In this document: in pieces, positions 57,301-64,000 of the stretch
Numbering within the stretch: the first letter of the stretch is position 1
How the letters are laid out: each line of letters opens with the position of its first letter
Source: Chlorogloeopsis sp. ULAP01
Lineage (GTDB): Bacteria > Cyanobacteriota > Cyanobacteriia > Cyanobacteriales > Nostocaceae
Length of the DNA stretch: 64,000 nt
Assembly (NCBI RefSeq): GCF_030381805.1
Contig: NZ_JAUDRH010000016.1
Location: forward strand, 69,711 to 133,710
Direction: 5' to 3'
Made by a program: the position numbers and the translations under genes
Notes under the pieces: model-generated
Told to the model about the DNA's origin: nothing
The model's input: the letters and a program-made list of their open reading frames with translations, nothing else
Database searches by the model: none

Positions 57301-57592
57301 ATTGGGAAGCGCCCAAGTAATGGAAGTAACTCGTCTAGTGGAAGATAGCAAACATAGTTTAAATCAAATGCTAGATGTCTGTCGCCAAATTGATGATTTA
57401 GTGCAATCAATTTCTACCGCTACCGGATTGCAAGTGCATAATACCAAAGAAGTTATCGATTTTATCAAAGAAATTGCCAAAGTATCGGAATTTACTAGCA
57501 GTTCCTCTCGCAAAATTTATGCATCCTTGCAAAAAACAGTAGAAATTTACCAGCAATTACAAGCAACAGTTAGAAACTTCAAACTTAGTTAA
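54329..57592 (+). CDS. methyl-accepting chemotaxis protein with two GAF-like domains
   Basis: 1087 aa. N-terminal TM plus periplasmic sensor region, second TM, HAMP (LARGNFDTRITVRGEDEFATLGASINRMADQL), two GAF-like domains, C-terminal MCP signalling domain (..AINAGIEAARVGGDNQGFASFSEEVAALAVES..). Confidence 0.8.
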   Translation: MTNRIDVNKKNRNFTQNSFTVPSETVTVLQPRSYSPYSPIRSVILWVKQASLRTKATAFAVAISTLPILGIGAFTYYLVNQSLTKEISKIKQASAIDLSHNIQQFMLARTGEVQLFASQTFLTNSKQRNNTNFLDKEARINNWKEIYQFYESIAILKLDGEVYLQTQGQSIPNQKNQEYFQAILKTSQPYISQPFTTKNAEQPKILLAVPVKDNVTDKTIYILQVVIPVQSLAQTLNKLPGIRDEYHLIDETGKVFLAKNKSDVGKDAQKVIPSWEELQNANQILTRILPDKKGHAEDLTTYVPWQTTEGLPDLNWSLVLSTDKAIALATQRQILLILTIGIIVTAVLVGAIAAILATRLTLPIQNATMVVKKLARGNFDTRITVRGEDEFATLGASINRMADQLQDLLNKQKAEAERLKLFTNISATIRQSLNCEDLFNITVTEARQALGAHRVVVYHFNAHGRGQVVAESVAPSLPVTLGDTIEDGSIARQLMEAYSIGGVLVANNIFEMDFAPEYLKLMEQLEVKAILATPILKDNQIFGFLMAHYCWAPHVWQPFEINFLRQLAVQVGLALERVSLLEVSQALKDFAIYLSGNLNSQEIYSLAVQGIRKALKVDRVVICQFDEKWQGNILAESAVEGLPCALETKLSGLQDYADKYRQGDVLVTNNIYQAGFAESYIKQLESLAVKAHLEAPILSGGNVLGLLIAHQCTRTRVWQQAEIDLFEQFTRLVGLALERANLLEQSEKASLLQRQQTEQLQQQLLKLIDNLAGAKKGDLTVRVEVTKGEVGAIADFCNSMVENLQDVAIQVKAAANQLNGTVAENSGAIAQLAIDAFKQQQEISRTLDAVDQIRLSMKGVAKNARLATAVARAASPTAEIGDTAMDLTVENILSLREAMGETAKKLKRLGEYSQNISRLTSSIHKIALQTNLLAINAGIEAARVGGDNQGFASFSEEVAALAVESAGVTGEIEGMVANIQLEVIEVVKVMELGSAQVMEVTRLVEDSKHSLNQMLDVCRQIDDLVQSISTATGLQVHNTKEVIDFIKEIAKVSEFTSSSSRKIYASLQKTVEIYQQLQATVRNFKLS

Positions 57593-57795
57593 TCTAATTG
57601 TTGTTTAATACAAAAAATTCTTTGATTTTACTCATCTATAAGTGACAGATAATTTCTCATCACCATGCTCTGCATAGTAATGAAAACTTAAGGCTCTGTC
57701 TTCTTTTCATAAGATAGATACTCAATCAATTCTTTCCTTGCCTGGAGGCAGGGAAAGAGAAAAAATTGTTCAAATTTACATTGTGAATATAAATG

Positions 57796-57845
57796 CACAC
57801 AGATGAAATCGGAAAAATCATCCGTGTGTTTTTTATTTTTTATTT
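57796..57845 (+). terminator. rho-independent terminator after the MCP gene
   Basis: cacacagatga-loop-tcatccgtgtg followed by ttttttatttttt. Confidence 0.65.
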
Positions 57846-57981
57846 AATGTAATTACTCTCAAATAAAGAAATATGAATAATATAAATAATCTCTTTTTGA
57901 AATAGAAGTTACAAAATTTTCTATAATTCATAATCTATAATTTAATAATTTATTATCGGCAATTGCCTGCCAAAAAAACCA

Positions 57982-59805
57982 TTGTATCTCATCAATTTGG
58001 TACAAAAAAATCAACTTATGTTAAAAGACAGGGAACTCGAAACCCAGATGCAATTTCTGGATGCAGCTAATCATAGTTTGCATACCCTGGAGACTGTTTT
58101 ATTAGAAATACAACCTAACTATCAACTTTCTATACCAAAAATCGATACAGCACTCCAAGCGACTCATTCTATTAAATGTGGTGCTGGAATGATGGGATTG
58201 AGTATTTTGGGAAATTTTGCCCAACATTTGGAAGATTCATTGCAAGTTTTAAAAGTACAATCTAATTCTCTAAAAATTGATACAGATTTACACAGTTTAC
58301 TTGCATCAGTAGTTGATTGGCTGCGTCAAATAGTGGAATCAATTTCAATTGGCTGTATGATGGATGAGCAATGGTTAGCAACATTTTGTTATCCACTCTT
58401 TGAGGAGTTACAAAAGCATATATCCTTTCACAATGTTGATAAAAACATAAGTATTTTGTCTCCCACAGAGGGAATGCAAGACATGATAAACTTTCTGTTT
58501 AGAACAGAAGTAGAGGAAGACTTGCAACGTCTAGAATCTTTATTCGCTAGTGGCAAAAAATCTGCTTTAAAATCAGAAGGCATGATGATAGCCACTGAAT
58601 TAGCTAGTTTAGGAGAAATACTTCAGTTAAACACATTTGTCCAGCTTTGTCAGTCGATTCTGCAACACTTAGAAAACATTGATTCTGATGAAAATGTCGT
58701 AGAAATTACTCAACTTGCATTATCAGCATGGCGGCGATCGCAAGCATTAATTCTGTCAAATCAGCTTGATAGTATACCTACGAGTATTATTTCATTGGAA
58801 TCAGAAGTTACTAATCAAAAAAAATCAAATTTAATTCCAAGATTGCCAGATACTAAGGCAATAAATTTAGAAAGATCCCAGGAATTATTAATATCTAGTA
58901 ATCGGAATGAAAATCAAGAAACAATAACGAAAACTCTTGCCAAAAGAGTAGAAAATGTTGATGATTTAATGAAGGAACTTAGTATCCAGCATGATAGTCT
59001 TGAAATGCAAATTGATAAATTAAACAAACTCATTCGTAATCTCAGCCTCCGGGTAAAAAAGCTAGAGATAGATAATAACGAGTTGCGCCTGACGTATGAT
59101 AAGTTTGCAACTAAAATATCTACTTTGACTCAAATACAATTCCAAAATGGAAATTGCCAGCATATTAATAAACAGAATACATCAATAGATAATTGTCCAG
59201 AATTAGAAATTACATCTCAGACAGTAATAGAAACAATTGCAAAAATTCAAGAAATCGCAAACGAGATTGAACTTAGCCTTGCAGATACAAATCAAGTCAG
59301 TCGTTTATTGAATAAAACGGCTCAGGATCTGCAACAGTCTATCACACAAACTCCTATTGACCTTTCATTAGAGCGGGTACTTCTCGTCGAAAGCGATCGC
59401 ATGCTTTTAGGATTTTCCATAGATACAGTTGAAGAAATATGCTCGCTCAATCCAGAACAAGTTTCGTTGGTAAGAGGTAGCGAAGTTTTCAACTGGCACA
59501 ATTCGACATTACAACTAATTCGTCTAGAGAATTACTTACAATTTAATTACCTCTATCCACTCACATCAGCTTTAGAAACTCCACCCCAAATCGAGACTGC
59601 TGGTATATTAATTGTCAAAGCAGGCGATCGCTCATTAGCTGTGCAAATAGATCGCTGTTGGGGTGAAAGAAAAGTTTCTATTCATCAAGTTGAAGGTAAT
59701 ATACCTTATTACAGGAACTATACTATTTTGGATGATGGTCGGATAGTGCCACTGTTGAGCGTTGGTGAGCTACTGCAAATGAGCGAGGATTACTGCAAAC
59801 TTTAG
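57982..59805 (+). CDS. CheA-like protein lacking kinase domain (Hpt - coiled coil - CheW-like)
   Basis: 607 aa. N-terminal Hpt domain with phospho-His context (ALQATHSIKCGAGMMGLSILGNF). Long coiled-coil middle. C-terminal CheW-like domain (LLVESDRMLLGFSIDTVEEI...ILIVKAGDRSLAVQIDRCWGERK...). No N/G1/G2 HATPase boxes seen. Confidence 0.7.
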   Translation: MYLINLVQKNQLMLKDRELETQMQFLDAANHSLHTLETVLLEIQPNYQLSIPKIDTALQATHSIKCGAGMMGLSILGNFAQHLEDSLQVLKVQSNSLKIDTDLHSLLASVVDWLRQIVESISIGCMMDEQWLATFCYPLFEELQKHISFHNVDKNISILSPTEGMQDMINFLFRTEVEEDLQRLESLFASGKKSALKSEGMMIATELASLGEILQLNTFVQLCQSILQHLENIDSDENVVEITQLALSAWRRSQALILSNQLDSIPTSIISLESEVTNQKKSNLIPRLPDTKAINLERSQELLISSNRNENQETITKTLAKRVENVDDLMKELSIQHDSLEMQIDKLNKLIRNLSLRVKKLEIDNNELRLTYDKFATKISTLTQIQFQNGNCQHINKQNTSIDNCPELEITSQTVIETIAKIQEIANEIELSLADTNQVSRLLNKTAQDLQQSITQTPIDLSLERVLLVESDRMLLGFSIDTVEEICSLNPEQVSLVRGSEVFNWHNSTLQLIRLENYLQFNYLYPLTSALETPPQIETAGILIVKAGDRSLAVQIDRCWGERKVSIHQVEGNIPYYRNYTILDDGRIVPLLSVGELLQMSEDYCKL

Positions 59806-60611
59806 CTCGACAACGGGCGACAAGCAGAAAGGATCTCGTGCATATTAACCACCGCACCAATCACCACGATCGCTGGCGCACCAAATCCAGCCTTCTCAAC
59901 TTTCTCCACAATCGTCCCCAACTTACCAATTAATTCTTCTTGCTCTGCTCGCGTACCCCAACGCACCAAAGCAATTGGAGTTTCGTTACTCAACCCTGCT
60001 ATCGTTAGCTGTTCCACAATGTAAGCTAAATTGTGAATTCCCATATAAATCACAATTGTTTCCGAACCGTGAGCGATCGCCTGCCAATTGACTGACGGTT
60101 TATACTTACCTACTGCTTCGTGTCCAGTTACAAAAGTTACTGAAGAGCTATATAACCGATGCGTTAAAGGAATACCAGCATAGGCTGGAGCAGCAATGCC
60201 CGATGTGATACCTGGCACTACTTCTACTGCTACTCCAGCATTCAATAATTCTTCCATCTCCTCGCCGCCACGACCAAAAACAAACGGATCGCCTCCCTTC
60301 AAGCGCACTACAATCGCATATTCTTGCGCTTTTTCAATTAGCAACTGCGTCGTTTCCTCTTGAATCAAGGAATGACGCCCCCGTCGCTTCCCAGCATCAA
60401 TCTTCTGCGCCACGGGATTAATCATCGCCAGAACTGCCGGACTTACCAAAGCATCATAAATGACAACATCCGCACATTCTAACAATCCCTTACCCTTAAG
60501 TGTCATCAATCCTGGATCTCCAGGCCCAGCACCAACCAAATAAACCTTTCCCAAACAAGTCCTCCCCTCTTTCTTTGTGCCGTTGCGGTTCATTACTTCA
60601 ACAAATCCCAA
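59802..60611 (-). CDS. cobA: uroporphyrinogen-III C-methyltransferase
   Basis: 269 aa, GKVYLVGAGPGDPGLMTLKG...VVRLKGGDPFVFGRGGEE. Confidence 0.9.
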   Translation of the reverse strand: MGFVEVMNRNGTKKEGRTCLGKVYLVGAGPGDPGLMTLKGKGLLECADVVIYDALVSPAVLAMINPVAQKIDAGKRRGRHSLIQEETTQLLIEKAQEYAIVVRLKGGDPFVFGRGGEEMEELLNAGVAVEVVPGITSGIAAPAYAGIPLTHRLYSSSVTFVTGHEAVGKYKPSVNWQAIAHGSETIVIYMGIHNLAYIVEQLTIAGLSNETPIALVRWGTRAEQEELIGKLGTIVEKVEKAGFGAPAIVVIGAVVNMHEILSACRPLSS

Positions 60612-61363
60612 ACTAAATCAGCCAATTCTGCACTTGCTCCCAAAGGCTCCGCCAGTTGAAAAGTTACCTTAGGAAAATGTAATTGTAACTTTTTTGTTGC
60701 TTGAGCGATCGCATCAGTTATGCCACCAGCGAATAAGAAGTATGGCAGAATTGCAATTTGTTTGTATCCAGCAGCAATTAACTGTTGGACTTGCAACTCT
60801 AAACTAGGAGCCACAGCCCAATAAGCAGTCACTGCACCTAATTTTTTGGCGATCGCTTCCACTGGTTGTTGCGAACCCCAGCGACGGCTACCGTGGGCTA
60901 AAACAATCCTGGCGCTTGCTGTTGTTGCTGCAAACTGTTTTACCCACAACCGCTCTAAACCTGAGTGGCTACCTAAATATGGTTGTAATTCTATGAGGAT
61001 ATCTTGACCAAGAGATTGCTGTGCCAGAGCAACTTCACGAGGAATGTCTTCCATTACGTGTACTCCCGGCATCAGAAATAAAGGTACGATTTTGAGGCAA
61101 GTTGGTTGTAAAGCAGACAGACTAATAGTATTTATAGCAAAGTCAATAATTTGTTGATGTAAAGGTTTTGGATTTAGTTCTAAGTTTGCTGTACCGACTA
61201 AAGTTTCACACACCGAGACAGAGGTAATATGACTACCAGCAACCCTAGCTAAGTTATCTTGCGCTTTGTTGGATACTAGTCTTGCCAACTGTTGCATAGC
61301 AATTTCCGGTCGTGGATCTCGACTTCCGTGGGATACTAGTAGATACGCAGATGACATTAGCAA
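60593..61363 (-). CDS. cbiX: sirohydrochlorin chelatase CbiX-type
   Basis: 256 aa. Duplicated LVSHGSRD / LAHGSRR motifs. Overlaps cobA by 19 nt. Confidence 0.75.
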   Translation of the reverse strand: MLMSSAYLLVSHGSRDPRPEIAMQQLARLVSNKAQDNLARVAGSHITSVSVCETLVGTANLELNPKPLHQQIIDFAINTISLSALQPTCLKIVPLFLMPGVHVMEDIPREVALAQQSLGQDILIELQPYLGSHSGLERLWVKQFAATTASARIVLAHGSRRWGSQQPVEAIAKKLGAVTAYWAVAPSLELQVQQLIAAGYKQIAILPYFLFAGGITDAIAQATKKLQLHFPKVTFQLAEPLGASAELADLVWDLLK

Positions 61364-61411
61364 AAGTACAACTTTAAATTTTTACTGGGAATATATTAGC
61401 AAATCCAAACA

Positions 61412-61444
61412 AGCTCCCCGACTTTTGTGAGAAGTCGGGGAGCT
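61412..61444. terminator. GC-rich palindromic hairpin (CCCCGACTT...AAGTCGGGG), copy C
   Basis: Arms agctccccgactt / aagtcggggagct, perfect 13 bp, immediately downstream of the Mn-catalase gene on the minus strand. Confidence 0.5.
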
Positions 61445-61458
61445 GTATCATACATTAA

Positions 61459-62148
61459 TTAGGACTGTTTTTCCGCCATAGGATCGGCAATATAACGGAA
61501 AGTTGGTTCAGAATTCCAAGGGCCTCGTTCGTCCTTACCATTTGTAGACAGGTTATAGTAAATATCTACAGTGCTATCAGGTTGGATGTTACCGAAGAAA
61601 GGATCGGTTAGTTTACCTAAAGAATCCAGCGCCTTCATAAACATCTGGGTGTGGGATATTTCTCGTGTCAATAAATGAACGAGAGTATTTTTAGTACCTT
61701 CATCAGGCGCTAACTTAATTAATTCTTCGTAAGTTTGACGCGCACCTGCCTCAGCACCAATATTAGCTCGCAAATCGCGCACTACATCACCACCCTCATT
61801 CACGTAATTAGCAGACCAAGCATTACCTTGACTATCTAATAGGTGTGGCCCCATACCGCGCACTGCAAATAAAGTGCTCTTATAAGCATCAGTTTGATCA
61901 ACATTTTTGGTGTGTGCTTCAATCAGCTTACCCACCATTTCTAAATGACCAAACTCTTCTATGGCAATATCTTGTAACATATCCCGAATACCGGGATTTT
62001 CGCAGTGGAAGGACTGAGTCCAGTATTGCAAAGCTGCTGTTAGTTCACCTGTAGCACCACCAAATTGCTCTAAAAGTAGTTGAGCAAAACGTGGATTTGC
62101 TTCTTTAACGTTAACAACATGAATTGGTTCTTTTTTATGAAAGAACAT
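61459..62148 (-). CDS. manganese catalase (ferritin-like)
   Basis: 229 aa, MFFHKKEPIHVVNVKEANPRFAQLLLEQFGGATGELTAALQYWTQSF...EEFGHLEMV. Confidence 0.85.
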   Translation of the reverse strand: MFFHKKEPIHVVNVKEANPRFAQLLLEQFGGATGELTAALQYWTQSFHCENPGIRDMLQDIAIEEFGHLEMVGKLIEAHTKNVDQTDAYKSTLFAVRGMGPHLLDSQGNAWSANYVNEGGDVVRDLRANIGAEAGARQTYEELIKLAPDEGTKNTLVHLLTREISHTQMFMKALDSLGKLTDPFFGNIQPDSTVDIYYNLSTNGKDERGPWNSEPTFRYIADPMAEKQS

Positions 62149-62611
62149 CAGTCGGTTTCCTCTCTATTAAGTAGTAAATTTTATCTTCATGCAAATAATT
62201 AAATTTAAATAATTACTCGCAAGAATTTAAAAGCTAACTCCATTAAAAATTCTAGACATCCGACTAAATATTAACCTTCCCCAAAAGAAAGACTTAGTGT
62301 TTGATAATTTCTAACTAAAGCTCTATTTTTGTTTTCGCAGATTCTAATTAAAATTAAGATCTTATACCGCTACCACACCTCAAAACCTCCTGCTGCCAGA
62401 GGCTGAAGGAGGCAATTAGGGACTTTGAATAATCATTAATTCACCAAAACTACTGTCAATGCTGGTTTCTTCATGGCTTTACGGATGTAAGCAGCTAATA
62501 TTAATACAGTAGCTAATCAGCCGTTGGTATTATCTCTGATACTTGTACCTACCCCATTTTCCGCCAGAGACTAAATTCTCTGTTTCAGAGTCTAAGTATC
62601 TGATGTTGAGT

Positions 62612-63028
62612 CTAAAGCTGTTCAGCTTTGTAAGTATAAAACTGATCAAAAGCTCCTAACGTCTCAAATTGATAACCAGGTGTAGAAGGCAATAGAGAAT
62701 CTAGATTAACTCCAGGTGTCACAGAATTTAGACTTAAGTCTGTACGATAAATACTAAAAATTACAAAATCTTGACGAGCGGTATTTTCTGCAATTAGTTC
62801 TCGTATTTGTGGTCTAGCTGAATCTACTACTTTCTTACAATTAAATCGGATTAAATTTTCTAATATTTTTGGAGTTTTTTTGCAAACATTAGTCTTTAAA
62901 TAATTTGTTAATCGTTGCTCGGCATACTCCTCATATTCAACTTGAGTGGGATTTGTCTGCGTCATTACGACACCCAGGACAATTAGTCCTATCACTCCCA
63001 CATATGCCATAATATTTGAGACTTTCAT
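62612..63028 (-). CDS. hypothetical membrane-anchored protein
   Basis: 138 aa. N-terminal TM helix (MAYVGVIGLIVLGVVM). No recognised catalytic motif. Confidence 0.5.
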   Translation of the reverse strand: MKVSNIMAYVGVIGLIVLGVVMTQTNPTQVEYEEYAEQRLTNYLKTNVCKKTPKILENLIRFNCKKVVDSARPQIRELIAENTARQDFVIFSIYRTDLSLNSVTPGVNLDSLLPSTPGYQFETLGAFDQFYTYKAEQL

Positions 63029-63148
63029 TTTCTAGATAGTGATTTACTGTGGTCTTTAGACTTCAGATTACCTAAGTACGTTCCTTAGTGAAAAACACTA
63101 GACCATTTTGCTGCAAAAGTGCTATCATAAGAAACGCAATAGAAAAAT

Positions 63149-63222
63149 GGCGAGCGTAGCCAAGTGGTTAAGGCAGAGGATTGTGGTTCCTCCACTCGTG
63201 GGTTCGAGTCCCATCGTTCGCC
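63149..63222 (+). tRNA. tRNA-His(GTG) with encoded G-1
   Basis: G(-1)GCGAGCG-TA-GCC-AAGTGGTTAA-GGC-A-GAGGA-TTGTGGT-TCCTC-CACTC-GTGGG-TTCGAGT-CCCAT-CGTTCGC-C. Anticodon GUG. The extra 5' G pairs with discriminator C73. Confidence 0.85.
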
Positions 63223-63437
63223 CTGATTTTAAATTTGATATCACACCCTCATCTGCTACACAGATGTACATTTTTAGTTGGTAGCAGTGTTATTCATATA
63301 ATTACTACTAGCTTTGCATACACATAAAATCATTGTTGTACGGTAAATAGCAGTATTTCTTTGAAAAAAGCGATCGCCTTATGCCTAAAGACTCGTAATT
63401 TCACAAATCTGCTCCAGTAAAGTCTCAATTGAGCTAT

Positions 63438-63761
63438 CTAATAACTGCGATCGTGTTGAGGAGGACGATAGCGGATATTATCATAGACTGAATAGCCTTT
63501 TCCGTGATTAAGTCGATTGTTTTGCCCATTGGTTGAAAAAATATTGGCAGGGCGGTTAAAACAACGCCAACACCTATCATTCAAACGATTAAGTGGATAG
63601 CTAGAGTAACTATTACGAGGATGATAAGTTCGGTAGTCTTTATAACCTCCAGAATATTGAGCGCCAGGACGAATAGACTGAGCTTTAGCACTTTGAGCAA
63701 AAGTTACACTTGTGATCGCAGCAAAGACAGTTGTCAGAACTAATGAAGTAAAAGATTTCAT
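63438..63761 (-). CDS. small secreted Tyr/Arg/Asn-rich protein
   Basis: Start trimmed to MKSFTSLVLTTVFAAITSVTFAQSAKA (signal peptide), about 107 aa. Confidence 0.5.
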   Translation of the reverse strand: MKSFTSLVLTTVFAAITSVTFAQSAKAQSIRPGAQYSGGYKDYRTYHPRNSYSSYPLNRLNDRCWRCFNRPANIFSTNGQNNRLNHGKGYSVYDNIRYRPPQHDRSY

Positions 63762-63889
63762 TACCCTACCTAAAACATTTGTTCTATTTCTATTGTTACA
63801 AACCCAACAAAAGTAAGCAGGGAGTAGAAAAAATCTTAAGCTCATCCCCTGGATTTTCATAGTATCGTACTCTCATCATCGCACCCAGA

Positions 63890-64000
63890 ATTGAAGTATC
63901 CTACGGGTAGACACGTAGTGGATAAGCGCAATTAGCCGCCCAAAGGGCGTCTACTGGGCTAATAGCCAAAGTCCACTTCTAGGACTGAAATTTTTTTGAG
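63890..64000. repeat. partial copy of the MITE-like element seen at 18121-18300 (truncated by window end)
   Basis: gggctaatagccaaagtccacttctaggactgaaattttt shares ggctaatagc(t/c)aaagtc(t/c)act. Its ggactgaaattttt is the reverse complement of aaaaatttcagtcc in the 18-kb copy. Confidence 0.4.

Noticed and set aside
54329-57592. Cyanobacteriochrome photoreceptor call for the MCP
   Set aside because: Neither GAF-like domain shows the conserved Cys-His or DXCF motifs on inspection. Left as an unresolved sensor (see finding).

Overview
This 64-kb window reads as chromosomal DNA from a heterocyst-forming cyanobacterium of the Nostoc/Anabaena type. Four things support that. It carries many heptameric STRR tandem repeats. 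Its DnaE N-intein closely resembles the intein recalled from Nostoc punctiforme. Its phycobilisome gene order matches the Anabaena 7120 order as I recall it, pecBACEF-cpcBACDEF-cpcG1G2G3G4. GC content looks moderate by eye. Most of the window is core photosynthetic and bioenergetic genome. It holds the apcE-apcABC cluster, the atp1-atpIHGFDAC ATP-synthase operon and a one-piece tmRNA. It also holds a tandem pair of flavodiiron genes, the N-terminal half of a split dnaE with its intein, the complete pec/cpc superoperon, rluD, cobA-cbiX and a Mn-catalase. Several AT-rich accessory patches sit between these blocks. (1) A tmRNA-adjacent segment has a hairpin-dense MITE-like element, a coiled-coil glycine-zipper membrane protein of unknown function and an orphan C5-cytosine methyltransferase. 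(2) An AT-rich patch has a GspE-N-domain membrane protein and a possible terminator-bounded sRNA. (3) A Uma2/SPFH/MerR/methyltransferase patch contains three tightly packed tRNA-like genes on the minus strand, two of which have non-canonical anticodon arms. (4) A 5'-truncated CAP (YkwD-like) gene remnant is present. (5) A chemotaxis-like module combines a PatA-type regulator, a GAF-containing MCP and a kinase-less Hpt-CheW CheA-like protein, behind a 1.5-kb AT-rich leader. A GC-rich hairpin family (core CCCCGACTT...AAGTCGGGG) recurs three times at gene ends. No CRISPR array, rRNA or obvious transposase is present. All calls rest on reading the translations and the sequence, and no database search was possible.
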